NCBI GenBank assembly: GCA_038231135.1 | Contig: JBBRLX010000022.1 | Location: 1 to 64,000 of the forward strand | Source: Candidatus Eiseniibacteriota bacterium | Lineage (GTDB): Bacteria > Eisenbacteria > RBG-16-71-46 | Length of the DNA stretch: 64,000 bases | Reading direction: 5' to 3' | In this document: positions 7,139-17,098 of the stretch, piece by piece | Layout: each line of letters begins with the position of its first letter | How positions within the stretch are numbered: position 1 is the stretch's first letter | Made by a program: the position numbers and the translations under genes | The notes under the pieces: model-generated | Databases searched by the model: none | What the model was told of the DNA's origin: nothing | The model's input: the letters and a program-made list of their open reading frames with translations, nothing else

Positions 7139-9756
7139 CGCACCGGCCAGTCACCCGTGCGGCCGCGACACCCGAGACGGCGTGGCCGGCGCCTGCCCCG
7201 GCATCGCGTGCGCTCGTGAAGGCGAGGCGGCCGCGTGCGGGCGCCTGCCGGCTCGCCGCGCTCGCGGCCGGCGCGCTGGCGTTGCTCGCCGCCGCTCCCG
7301 CCGCCCGTGCGCAAGCGGGCTTCGCGGCGCCGCCCTACGCCGATGCCGGCGTCGCGACCACGGACGACGCCTCGGCGCTGTTCGTGAACCCGTCCGCGGC
7401 CGGCCTGCGCCGCGGGTTCGAGCTGGCGGTGTCGGCGAGCGGGGTGCCGCGGCCGGCCGGCGGTGATCGCGGCGATCCGCTGCGTCACCCGTTCTACCGC
7501 GCGGCGCTCGCGCTGGGGCTCGCCGGGTTCACGCTCGCGTCGCCCGAGGGGGGCCGGGTGTCGTGGGCGGTGAGCGCGGCGCACGGCGGTCCCGCGCTGC
7601 GGGTCGGCGCCCAGCTCCAGTCGCTCGGCACCTCGACCTGGCTTGCCCAGCTCGACCGGCTCGATCCGCAGGCGCCGGCGTCCGTGGCGGCCGGGGCGCC
7701 GGGTGATGCGCGCACCACCGACCTGCGCCTGGGTGCGCTGTCGCGCCCCGCGCCGTGGCTGTCGCTGGGTGCCGTCGTCGATCACGCGGCGCAGCCGCGG
7801 CTGGCGGGCGTCCGGCTCGTGCGCGAGTACACGGTAGGGCTCGGGTTGCGGCCGTTCGCGTGGCTGCCGGGCTCCGGGAGCACGCTCGGCACCCGCGTCA
7901 CGCTCGGCGCCGACGTGGCGCTGCGCGAGGGCGAGTCCCGCGACGCGGCGCGCGTGCGGGTCGGGGCCGGGTTCGAACTGGTGCCCGGCATCGTGCTGCG
8001 CGGCGCCGTCGAGGATCACGGCGGCGTGCGGCTGGGGATCTCGCTGCTCGGCGGCCGGTCGAGCCTGCACGTGGATTCGCAGGACTGCCGTGACTGCCGT
8101 GATCCGGCTGGCACCATCACCGCCACCGTGCACGCGGCGGAGGATCGCACCGTGCTCGCGGCGCTCGAGCGCCCGCGCGTCGCCAGCGTGCGCATCGGCG
8201 GCACGCTCGCCGACGAGGCGATCGCGAGCGTGTCGTTGTTCGACAACTCGACCACCGTGGACGTGGCGCCGGTCCGGCGTCAGCTCGAGCGCGCGCTGCT
8301 GGATCCGCGCACGCGCGGCGTGCTGCTCCAGCTCAACGGCGCGGGCGGCATGGCGCAGATCGAAGAGCTGCGGCCGCGGATCGCGGCGCTGCGCGCGGCC
8401 GGCAAGCCGGTCGTGGCGTATCTCGAATCCGGCGGCCGCCGCGCCGACCTGTACTTTGCCTCCGCGTGCAACGCCATCGTCACCACGCCCGAGTCGTTCT
8501 GGGCGGGGCTCGGGCTGCATTCCGACCGGCGCTACTATCGCAAGGCGCTCGCGGACGCCGGGCTGCGCATCGACCGCACGTCCTACGGCAAGTACAAGTC
8601 GGCGTACCGCAACTTCAGCGCCGATTCCACGTCCCCGGCCGATCGCGAGTCGATCGAACACGGCCTCGACGTGGTGCAGGGTCTGCTGGTCACGGCCGTG
8701 GCCCACGATCGCCGGATCCCCGAGGAGCGGGTGCTGCAGGTGCTGGACGGCCGGTCGTGGCGTGCCGAGGACCTGCAGCGCATGGGCGTGATCGACTCCA
8801 TCGGCTATCGCGAGGACGCGCTGCGCATGCTCGGCTCGCTCGCCCACCTGGGCGCGCGGCCGCATGCCGTGAACCTCGGCAGGATCGAGGACGCCCATCG
8901 CGAGTGGCGCGTGCCGCACACGATCGCCGTGGTGTACGCGAGCGGTGGCATCGAGACCGGCCGCAGCGGCAACGACCTGCTGAACGGCGCGTTCATGGGC
9001 TCCGAGACCACGGTCCGCCAGCTCGCGGCGGCGTTCCGCAATCCCGAGGTGCGCGCCGTCGTACTGCGCGTCGACAGTCCGGGCGGCTCGGCGGTGGCCT
9101 CGGATCTCATCTGGCACGCCGCGCGACAGCTCAAGCGCGAGACCCGGAAGCCGCTGGTGGTGTCGATGGCGCGCGCCGCGGCGAGCGGCGGCTATCACAT
9201 CGCGCTCGCCGGCGACAGGATCTACGCGGACCGGTTCACGATCACCGGTTCGATCGGCGTGCTGTCGATCCGCTACTCGTTCGAAGGCTGGCTCGCCCAC
9301 CACCACGTGCATCAGGACGACTTCAACCGCGGCGCGTACATGCGCGCGTGGTCGACCGGGCACGACTGGGACGCGACGGAGCAGGCGGCCGCCGATTCCG
9401 CGACCTACGCCGACTACCGCTCGTTCGTGAGTGTCGTCGCCGAGGGCCGCGGCATGGCGTGGGACGCCGTCGACGCCGTGGCGCAGGGCCGGGTGTGGTT
9501 CGGCGAGGACGCGAAACAGCGCGGGCTCGTCGACGCGATCGGCGGCCTCGACGACGCGATCGCCGAGGCGCGGCGCCGCGCCGGGATCCCCGTCGGGGCC
9601 AGGGTCGAGCCGGTCGAATATCGCCGCCCGCGGCCGGGGCTGGCGCAGGCGCTGCTGGGATCGTGGGTGCGCGAACAGTGGCAGCAGAGCGTGCACCTGC
9701 CCGACGCGGGCGAGACGCGCTTCGGGACCGATCCGGACGCCCTGTCGATCGAGTGA
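7135..9756 (+). CDS. sppA: Signal peptide peptidase SppA (two S49 domains) fused to an N-terminal beta-barrel-like domain
   Basis: GKYKSA (Lys), LRVDSPGGS, AASGGY (Ser), TGSIGV, QGRVWFG, GLVDAIGG; ATGA overlap with the nth stop. Confidence 0.88.
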   Translation: MTHRPVTRAAATPETAWPAPAPASRALVKARRPRAGACRLAALAAGALALLAAAPAARAQAGFAAPPYADAGVATTDDASALFVNPSAAGLRRGFELAVSASGVPRPAGGDRGDPLRHPFYRAALALGLAGFTLASPEGGRVSWAVSAAHGGPALRVGAQLQSLGTSTWLAQLDRLDPQAPASVAAGAPGDARTTDLRLGALSRPAPWLSLGAVVDHAAQPRLAGVRLVREYTVGLGLRPFAWLPGSGSTLGTRVTLGADVALREGESRDAARVRVGAGFELVPGIVLRGAVEDHGGVRLGISLLGGRSSLHVDSQDCRDCRDPAGTITATVHAAEDRTVLAALERPRVASVRIGGTLADEAIASVSLFDNSTTVDVAPVRRQLERALLDPRTRGVLLQLNGAGGMAQIEELRPRIAALRAAGKPVVAYLESGGRRADLYFASACNAIVTTPESFWAGLGLHSDRRYYRKALADAGLRIDRTSYGKYKSAYRNFSADSTSPADRESIEHGLDVVQGLLVTAVAHDRRIPEERVLQVLDGRSWRAEDLQRMGVIDSIGYREDALRMLGSLAHLGARPHAVNLGRIEDAHREWRVPHTIAVVYASGGIETGRSGNDLLNGAFMGSETTVRQLAAAFRNPEVRAVVLRVDSPGGSAVASDLIWHAARQLKRETRKPLVVSMARAAASGGYHIALAGDRIYADRFTITGSIGVLSIRYSFEGWLAHHHVHQDDFNRGAYMRAWSTGHDWDATEQAAADSATYADYRSFVSVVAEGRGMAWDAVDAVAQGRVWFGEDAKQRGLVDAIGGLDDAIAEARRRAGIPVGARVEPVEYRRPRPGLAQALLGSWVREQWQQSVHLPDAGETRFGTDPDALSIE

Positions 9757-11678
9757 TGGCGGAGTCACGCGCCCGCGGCGGCGATCCAGCCCGGCGCCCG
9801 GCCCGCGCGGCGCGACGCGGCGGACCCGCAGGCGATGAACCACGCCGCGGCGCGGTGCGCGGCGCGCTCGCACCGCCCGATCCGTCGGCCGATCGCGCGG
9901 CGCTCGCGATCTGGATCACGCTGATCGCGCTGCTGGCGGCGCGCGTCGCGAGCCAGTTCGTGCCCTCGATGGCGGCCTGGGGGCTCAACGTCGCGCGGTT
10001 CGTGCCGGCCTGGGCGGCGTGGCTGCTCACGCTCGCCGCCGGGCTCGCGCTGGTTCCCGGCGTGGCGCGTCGGCTATTGCCGGCGCTCGATGCCGCGGGG
10101 GAGTTCCTCGCCCGCGGCCGGGGCGCGGCCGCGGCGGCTGCGGCGGCAACCGCGGCGCTGGTGCTCGCGCTGCCCGATCGCGCCTGGTACGTGGGCGACT
10201 TCCTGCTACGCCAGGGCGCCGTCGAGCAGGGCGTCGGCGCCGCCCGGGTATTCCCGCAGGCCCTGCCGCTCGACCGGCTGCTGCACAACTCGCTCCCCAC
10301 CTGGTGCGAACTCCACCTGAACCTGGACGCGAACGCGACCGGACGGTTGCTGGGTGCCATGAGCGCCGCGGTGCTCGCATGGGCCGCCGTCACGTTCGTG
10401 CGGGCGCTCGCGCTGCGCGGCGCCACGGCGTGCGCCGCGGCGGCGGTCATCGTGCTCGGCGGCTATCTCGCGGTGTTCACCGGCTACAGCAAGGCGGTGG
10501 TCGAGTTGTGCGCGCTGACCGCGGCCGCCGGCGCGTGCGCGCTGCGCGTGATCCGCAGCGGCCGCGGGCTCGGCGCGTTCGGCGTGGTGCTCGCGCTCGC
10601 GTTCCTGCTGCATCGCTCGGCCGTCGGGCTGCTGCCGGGCGCCGTGATCACCTGGCTGGCAGGGTCGCGCCGCGACGACGCGCGGGCGGCGCTGCGTGAC
10701 CCCCGCGCCATCGCAGGCCTCGTGCTGCCGTGGGTGGCACTCGCCGTCGTGCTGCCGCGGGTGCTGCACACATTCGTCACAGTCGACATGGCGGTCCATC
10801 TGGAACCCGCCGATGTGCGCGCCCGCGGCGGGATGCTCGCCACTGCGTTCGCCGGGCTGCGCGCGCTCGACATGGCGAACGTGGTCGTGATGCTGACGCC
10901 ACTGGTGCTGGCGGCTCCGGTTGCGCTGCTCGCGCGCGGACGCCCTCCGGCACATCGCGGCGAGGGGCTCACGCTGGTCGCATTCGCGCTGCCGCTCGTG
11001 GGGGTCATGCCGGTCCTGCACCCGGTGCAGGGCATGTTCCGGGACTGGGACAACTTCGTGGCGGGCGGCGCTGCGACGTCGGTGCTGGTGGCGTGGCTGC
11101 TGGCGGATCCGCTGAGCGCCGCGTCGCGTGCCCGCTGGGTCGCGGTCCCGGTCGCCGTGTGCACGACAGCGTTCACGCTGCAATGGATGGTCGCCCACGC
11201 CGACGCTGCCCGCGGCATGGCGCGGGTGAGCGCGTTCCTCGACGAGCCGCCGCGGCGCGGCGACGCCGAGCGCGTGCCGGCGCTCGACTACCTGGGCATC
11301 CGCAACATGCGGCTCGAGCGCTACGCCGAGTCGGCGGCCGCGTTCCGCGCCGCGGCCGACCTGGCGCCGAATCCGCGGTTCATGATCCAGTGGGGGCTCG
11401 CCGCCACCGAGGCGCACGACGACCGGGGCGCGCTCGAAGCCTACGAGCGGCTGCTGGCGCGCACGCCCGACGATCCGCTGGCGTGGCGCGGCTACACCGC
11501 GATGACGTCGCGGCTCGGCGATCTCGTGAACGCGCGGCGCGGTGCGATCGAGCTGCTCAAGCGGGTTCCCGGCGACCCCGACGCGCTACGGCTGCTGCAG
11601 GACCTCGACCGCGAACAGGCGCGGCGCGCCGCGAACGGCGCGCCGCCGCCCAGGGCTACCGCGCCCACTTCGCCTTGA
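9756..11678 (+). CDS. Multipass membrane protein with C-terminal TPR repeats (GT-C glycosyltransferase-like)
   Basis: About 12 hydrophobic segments, GDF and FRDWD loop motifs, TPR-like helices; TGATG overlap with sppA. Confidence 0.65.
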   Translation: MAESRARGGDPARRPARAARRGGPAGDEPRRGAVRGALAPPDPSADRAALAIWITLIALLAARVASQFVPSMAAWGLNVARFVPAWAAWLLTLAAGLALVPGVARRLLPALDAAGEFLARGRGAAAAAAAATAALVLALPDRAWYVGDFLLRQGAVEQGVGAARVFPQALPLDRLLHNSLPTWCELHLNLDANATGRLLGAMSAAVLAWAAVTFVRALALRGATACAAAAVIVLGGYLAVFTGYSKAVVELCALTAAAGACALRVIRSGRGLGAFGVVLALAFLLHRSAVGLLPGAVITWLAGSRRDDARAALRDPRAIAGLVLPWVALAVVLPRVLHTFVTVDMAVHLEPADVRARGGMLATAFAGLRALDMANVVVMLTPLVLAAPVALLARGRPPAHRGEGLTLVAFALPLVGVMPVLHPVQGMFRDWDNFVAGGAATSVLVAWLLADPLSAASRARWVAVPVAVCTTAFTLQWMVAHADAARGMARVSAFLDEPPRRGDAERVPALDYLGIRNMRLERYAESAAAFRAAADLAPNPRFMIQWGLAATEAHDDRGALEAYERLLARTPDDPLAWRGYTAMTSRLGDLVNARRGAIELLKRVPGDPDALRLLQDLDREQARRAANGAPPPRATAPTSP

Positions 11679-12462
11679 TCTGGCCGAAGCTCGCCGTCCG
11701 CGCCGGCGTGGACACAGTGCCCAGCACCAGGTCGTCGAAGTACACGGGAACGTTGCCGGTGAACGCGCTGAAGTTGTAGCAGCCCGCCCAGCCGCTCGGC
11801 AGCGTCGCGTCGTTGATCACGCTGTCGAGGTCCGTGAACTCGAACCCGTCGATCGAGCAGCGGAACGTGGACCCGAACGCCTCGACCTTCATCTTGTGCC
11901 AGGTGTTCTGCGGCAGGCTGCCGGCGGGGAGCTGGGCGGCGTTGTACGCACGCAACGTCGTGGGGGCGCCACCGACCACCCTGCGGAACGCGATCTGGAA
12001 CAGGCCCGACTGGATCACGAACTGGTAGGACGAAATGTACTTGCTCGGCAGCCCGCTGAACGACTGCACGGTGGGGTCGGCACGCACCACCAGGCCGCGC
12101 CGCGTGTTGCCGGTCCCGGTGAAGATCCAGCCTTCCCATGTGTAGTCGTCGGCGCCGTGCGGATCGATCGTGGTGAGGATCACGCCGCCGCTGTCGGGGG
12201 CCTGCGAGTTCGTCGCGCTGCCCACCGTGTGGTCGCCGGATGGATTCGCATAGGCCGGATCGGCGGGGTCCAGCGTCAGGGGCTCCATGTTGTTCGACAC
12301 GCCGAAACCGTTGTCCCACGCCAGGTCCAGCACGCCACCCGTGACGTGCTCCTCGGCGATGCTGAGCGCGTGCCTGGCACCGGGTGCCGTGGCGCCCAGC
12401 ACGGTGGTCGTGAACAGCGCCGCGAATACCAGTGCGGCGGCCGGAGTCCTGATGGCGGTCAT
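11656..12462 (-). CDS. Secreted beta-sandwich (ConA/DUF1080-like) protein with short C-terminal tail motif
   Basis: Signal peptide; NTWHKMKVEA, SGWAG, YFDDL; tail TPARTASFGQIKAKWAR. Confidence 0.7.
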   Translation of the reverse strand: MTAIRTPAAALVFAALFTTTVLGATAPGARHALSIAEEHVTGGVLDLAWDNGFGVSNNMEPLTLDPADPAYANPSGDHTVGSATNSQAPDSGGVILTTIDPHGADDYTWEGWIFTGTGNTRRGLVVRADPTVQSFSGLPSKYISSYQFVIQSGLFQIAFRRVVGGAPTTLRAYNAAQLPAGSLPQNTWHKMKVEAFGSTFRCSIDGFEFTDLDSVINDATLPSGWAGCYNFSAFTGNVPVYFDDLVLGTVSTPARTASFGQIKAKWAR

Positions 12463-12635
12463 GGGATGCTCCTGATCTGAGGTGTTGACGCCGCCGCGAA
12501 GAGGGGTGTCCGGGGGGAGTCGGGGGATGTCGCCACCGTCGAACGCAACACCAGGGGGAGCCCGGAACCACGGCCAGCGGAGCGGCGCTTCATATTACAA
12601 GTTTACGACGGCGGATCGCTCCGCCGTCCGGAAAA

Positions 12636-14837
12636 TCACCGCAACAGCATGAATTTCGTGCCCGGCGCCGACGCGTCGCCTTCGAACCGGGCGAAATACA
12701 GCCCACTCGGCACCGGATGGCCCGCGTCGTCGCGCCCGCTCCACGTCCGTTCGTCCCGTCCACCGACCAGGCGGGCGACACGCCGGCCGGTCACCGTGAA
12801 CACCAGCACGGCCGGTCCGCGGCGCCCGGTGCCCGTGGCCGAGAGTCGCACGGCGCCGCGAGCCGGATTGGGCCAGGCCCTGAGCCCCGCGACTCGCGGC
12901 GCGTGCAACTCGCCGACCGATACCAGGCTAGCGTTCATGCGCCGCTCTAGATACGCGATGCGGCGCACCAGGCCCTCCGGGGTGCAACCGCCGGGACCAC
13001 AATTCTGGCCCCCGCGATCACCCGCCACGAATACGCCGGCCTGATTGGTGGCGGAGGCCTGGAACACGATGTGGACCCTGCCACCCGAATTACGGGTCGC
13101 GATCGATACGAAGCGTTCGTCGGTGTTCGGCGTCTGCGTCAGGTTCTGCGGTTCGGACCACGGACCGCCGCGCTGCACACTGCACGCGATGTCGCCGTAC
13201 CCGGTGCCGGTCTGAATCCCTCTGAGGGTTGCCTCGACCGCCGACGTGTCCACTTCGCCATCCGTGAATCGGAGCCACGCCACGTACGTTTCGGTTCCGT
13301 CGGTCGAGAACCCGATCTCGGGCCAGTCCACCGAGATCGTGTTGAATCCGGCGAGCGGCCCGTGGAGTCCGCGATCGATGTTGTCGTAGCTGTCGGCCTC
13401 GCCCGGCAACACCTGCTTCACCGTGGTCACGCCGCCCGTGGAACTCCAGTGGCGGATCCGACTCCGCCAGTCGAACACCTCGACGTTGCCTCCGATGCGC
13501 CGGGCCTGCAGTTCACTCCACACGACGTGCGGCGTGGTGTCCTGGTAGGCGAGATGGCAGTGAATGTACGGCCGCCATTCCTGTGATGTGGAGTCGGATT
13601 TCACGATCGAGGCATCGGTGTAGTACGTAAGCGTTCGAATCGTCTTCGTCGACGGCGCGAACGTGCCGTCCGATGACTCGATCAGGTAGACGTTGCCGCC
13701 GAAATCGGTCACCGCAATGCCCACGCGGCCATCCGACGCCGACGCCAGGCACGGAAACGCCGGATGGCCGCTGCTATGGAACAGCGAAGTGGGTGCCACC
13801 TGCGTCGCACCCCCGGTCCAGGCGCTCATGTTGTAGCCGGTGGGGCACGTGAAGTGCTGTCCCTGAGCGGCCACCCGGCACACTTCGAATTCTCGAGTTC
13901 CTGTGTACGGAGGATTATAAGGTGGCGTCAACGGGATCTCGGCCATCTGCACGATCGAGCCGTTCGGCAGCGACACCGCCTGCGGGAACAGGAAGTCCGC
14001 GAATGGCGGCAGGTAGCCCATCCATCCCGGCGCGCCCGCGCCGCTCTCGACGTACACGTCGCCCCGCTCGTCGCAGCCGTCCTCCTGCATGTGCTGAGCG
14101 ACGACGGCTTTGCCCTGGGCGTCGACCGCGACGGTGCCGAAGCCGCCCGAATACTGCGGCGCGCACACGCTGCACGCGAGGCTCGGGTCGCCGACGCGGC
14201 CCAGGTTGTGCCACACGCCGTCCGCGTCGCGGTAGGCGTAGCCCATGGCGCGGTCGGGATAGGGAATGGGCGCCGCCGGGTTCGGCGGGCACTCCCCTGC
14301 GACGTTGCAGTGATCGTCCTCCCAGACGACGTGCACGCGCTCGTCGGCGCCGATGACGATGCGCTGGCCGAGCGAGCCCATGTCCTGGAGGTCGTAGTAG
14401 GTGGAGTCGATCTGCACCGCGCCCACGGGCAATGGAACCGGCAGGCTGGTGGTCGTGGTGACTCCGGGTCCGGAGGAGGCTGCCACCGTGCGGGCGAAGG
14501 GGTCGCGCATGATCGCGATCGGGTGCCCCGGAGGCGCCAGCTTTGCGGCGCCATCCGGAACACCCCCGGTTGGCGCGCCGGGCAGGGACCTCCAGGGCAG
14601 CGGTGGCGTTCCTCGCGACGCATCAGAATAAGGTGCCGCACCGTTCGAACGAGGCTCGAGATGTATCCCGGACAGGGCCAGGGTATGAGACATCTCCTGC
14701 GCACCGCTCGTGACAGGCAGCACCACTCTTGGAACAGGACTGGGTCCGCGGCGGGCGAACGCGGGCGGCGCGAGGAGCGACGACAGCACGCCCACCGCGA
14801 CGGCGACCACGATCCGAGCCTGCGAACGAAACATCAT
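12636..14837 (-). CDS. Secreted Cys-rich protein with FlgD/T9SS-like C-terminal domain
   Basis: Signal peptide; C-terminus AWPNPARG...FTVTGRRVARL...WSGRDDAGHPVPSGLYFARF...KFMLLR; ATGA overlap with the TonB receptor stop. Confidence 0.8.
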   Translation of the reverse strand: MMFRSQARIVVAVAVGVLSSLLAPPAFARRGPSPVPRVVLPVTSGAQEMSHTLALSGIHLEPRSNGAAPYSDASRGTPPLPWRSLPGAPTGGVPDGAAKLAPPGHPIAIMRDPFARTVAASSGPGVTTTTSLPVPLPVGAVQIDSTYYDLQDMGSLGQRIVIGADERVHVVWEDDHCNVAGECPPNPAAPIPYPDRAMGYAYRDADGVWHNLGRVGDPSLACSVCAPQYSGGFGTVAVDAQGKAVVAQHMQEDGCDERGDVYVESGAGAPGWMGYLPPFADFLFPQAVSLPNGSIVQMAEIPLTPPYNPPYTGTREFEVCRVAAQGQHFTCPTGYNMSAWTGGATQVAPTSLFHSSGHPAFPCLASASDGRVGIAVTDFGGNVYLIESSDGTFAPSTKTIRTLTYYTDASIVKSDSTSQEWRPYIHCHLAYQDTTPHVVWSELQARRIGGNVEVFDWRSRIRHWSSTGGVTTVKQVLPGEADSYDNIDRGLHGPLAGFNTISVDWPEIGFSTDGTETYVAWLRFTDGEVDTSAVEATLRGIQTGTGYGDIACSVQRGGPWSEPQNLTQTPNTDERFVSIATRNSGGRVHIVFQASATNQAGVFVAGDRGGQNCGPGGCTPEGLVRRIAYLERRMNASLVSVGELHAPRVAGLRAWPNPARGAVRLSATGTGRRGPAVLVFTVTGRRVARLVGGRDERTWSGRDDAGHPVPSGLYFARFEGDASAPGTKFMLLR

Positions 14838-17098
14838 GACTCCCGGTTGAACGGCCAGCGACCGCTGAAATCCCGATAGAGCGACAGGGCGAACGTCCGG
14901 CCCGGCTCCGCGATGAAACTCATCGGCTCGCGGTAGCGCGTATTCCACAAGTTATTCACCGCGAACGCTGCGCGCACGCCGCCGATCACGCAATCCGCCT
15001 GCACGGACGTCGTGGAGAACGCGGGCTGGCGGAGCACCTGGCTCACGCCCCGGACCGCGTCGTTCCAGCGCACCCGCGTCGAAATCGACCCGTACGGCAG
15101 CAGCCGGCGCACCGGCGCGATCAGCTCGATCGAGGCGCGGGCGGTGCCCATGTCCTCGAGTTTGTCGCCGGTCGTGAGGTCGCGGCCGCGCGGCAGCGTG
15201 CCGCTGATGCCGAGCTCCCAGCCGTTCGAGCGCACCGCGCCGGCGGCTTCGAGGCCTTCGATCCGCGCGCGCTGGACGTTGAAATACTGGAATCGCGGCA
15301 CCAGCCCGAGCTGCCCGATGTACTTGAAGCTGATGAGGTCGTCGACGTCCGAGCGGTACGCCGACAGCCGCGCGGTGGTCAACCACTCGGGCGCCGCGGC
15401 GCTCGAGCGCAGGCCGGCCTCGTAGGACCGGCTGCGCTCACTGCGTAGTGCGGGATTGCCGAACAACCGCAGGCCGCCGTGGATGGTGTTGTTGAAATAG
15501 CGCTCGTCGAGGTTCGGAGCGCGGAACCCGGTCCCCACGTGCGCGTACGGCTCGGCGGCGCCGAATGCGCGCGACACGCCGCCTTCGGCGCTCACGCGCC
15601 GGTCGGTGACGTCGAGGATCGAGGTGTGGATGTTGACGGTCGAGTCGGCGCTCGAGCGCAGCACGTCGTAGCGCGCGTCGGCCTCGAGCTTGATATTCGA
15701 CAGCGTGTGGCTGGCGGCGAGCCCGGCGGCCCACGCCGTGCGGCGTGCCGGCGGCACGCTCACGCCCTCGCTGGTCGCGGTGTTCGTGACGGTGCCGTCG
15801 CGGTCGCGCGTCACCATGTCGGCCGTGAGCGGACCACCCGCGGCCTCGCGGCGCCACTCGCCGAACACCTGCACGTTGCCGGGGCCGCCGAAGCGCAGCG
15901 ACGGCTCGAGGCTGCTCACGTGCGTGGTGACCCGATCGCTGGCCGCCCGGGTGAGCGTCGAGGTGAAGTGCCCGCGAATCCACGTGCTGTCGATCGAAGT
16001 CTCGTCGAAGTACGTGCGCATGACCTGGTGGACCCCGAGCAATCGGAGGCCAGGAAGGGCGCCGTTCCCCTTCACCGCAAACTCGGCCCGCTGAGCATCT
16101 CTGCCCTCGAGCGGATACGAGCCGGCGACAACGGCACCCCCCGTGAACCCCGGAAGCCCTACATCGCGAGCCGCGTGATGCGAGTGCTCCACATCGAACG
16201 TCGCGGGTCCCCATTTCGTGCCCCCCCGCACGGCGAAATCCTCTTCGCGGTCGCCGCTGTTGGCGACGCTGCCGTCCGGGGTATGCAGGTGATCGAGGTT
16301 GCCGAGTCCGCCCGACACCTCGAGCCCGCCGCGGGGCGACGTGAATCGCGCCCGCGCGTTCTGCGTATAGGAGCCACCCGGTTCGGAGCCGCGCGCGTCG
16401 AGCGCCGCGGTGAGCCGCGGCGTGTCGCCGAACAGGCTCCGGTGGGTGACGATGTTGATCACGCCCGCGAGCGCGTCGCTGCCGAACTGGCCGCTGGCGG
16501 CGCCCGGCAGCACTTCCACCGCCGACACCCGGTCGAGCGCGACCAGCGACGACTGGGCGCCGTGGCCGCGCACCGAGTTCATCTGAACGCCGTCGACCAT
16601 CAGCAGCACGCGGTCGCCGGTGAGTCCGCGCAGCGACAGCCGGGTCGACCACGGGCCGGTGCGGATCAGGTCGACGCCGGGAACCATCGCGAGCGCGTCG
16701 GACACCGTCGCCGGCAGGAACCGGATGGCCTGCGCCCGCTCGACGCGGTTCGTGGTCGCGGTTGTGCGGCCGCCTGCCAGGCCGCGTGCGCCGTCGACAC
16801 GCACCGGCGGCAGCACGGTCACGGTGTCGCGCATGCCGCGCAACGTCGAATCCGCGGCGTGGGACCGGGCGATGACACGCAGTCCGAGCGTGGAATCCGC
16901 CGCCGCCGGCCGCACGACCGCCGCATCGCGTACGCCGTGCAGCGTGGAGTCTGCGGCCGGCACTGCCGGGTGTGTGGCTGCGATGTCAATGGTATCGATG
17001 GCAGTGCCGGACGCGATCGAGTAGAAGTGGATGCCCCCCAGCCCAAGCAACGCAACAATCGTCAACTGCCGGCGCGAGTGGGACGGGGCGGATTTCAT
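14834..17098 (-). CDS. TonB-dependent receptor (heme/metal-type motifs)
   Basis: Plug motifs LSLRGL, VLLMVDGV, VEVLPGAASGQFGSDALAGVINIVT; barrel GFRAPNLDERY, NPALRSE, VNNLWN..Y, PGRTF. Confidence 0.9.
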   Translation of the reverse strand: MKSAPSHSRRQLTIVALLGLGGIHFYSIASGTAIDTIDIAATHPAVPAADSTLHGVRDAAVVRPAAADSTLGLRVIARSHAADSTLRGMRDTVTVLPPVRVDGARGLAGGRTTATTNRVERAQAIRFLPATVSDALAMVPGVDLIRTGPWSTRLSLRGLTGDRVLLMVDGVQMNSVRGHGAQSSLVALDRVSAVEVLPGAASGQFGSDALAGVINIVTHRSLFGDTPRLTAALDARGSEPGGSYTQNARARFTSPRGGLEVSGGLGNLDHLHTPDGSVANSGDREEDFAVRGGTKWGPATFDVEHSHHAARDVGLPGFTGGAVVAGSYPLEGRDAQRAEFAVKGNGALPGLRLLGVHQVMRTYFDETSIDSTWIRGHFTSTLTRAASDRVTTHVSSLEPSLRFGGPGNVQVFGEWRREAAGGPLTADMVTRDRDGTVTNTATSEGVSVPPARRTAWAAGLAASHTLSNIKLEADARYDVLRSSADSTVNIHTSILDVTDRRVSAEGGVSRAFGAAEPYAHVGTGFRAPNLDERYFNNTIHGGLRLFGNPALRSERSRSYEAGLRSSAAAPEWLTTARLSAYRSDVDDLISFKYIGQLGLVPRFQYFNVQRARIEGLEAAGAVRSNGWELGISGTLPRGRDLTTGDKLEDMGTARASIELIAPVRRLLPYGSISTRVRWNDAVRGVSQVLRQPAFSTTSVQADCVIGGVRAAFAVNNLWNTRYREPMSFIAEPGRTFALSLYRDFSGRWPFNRES

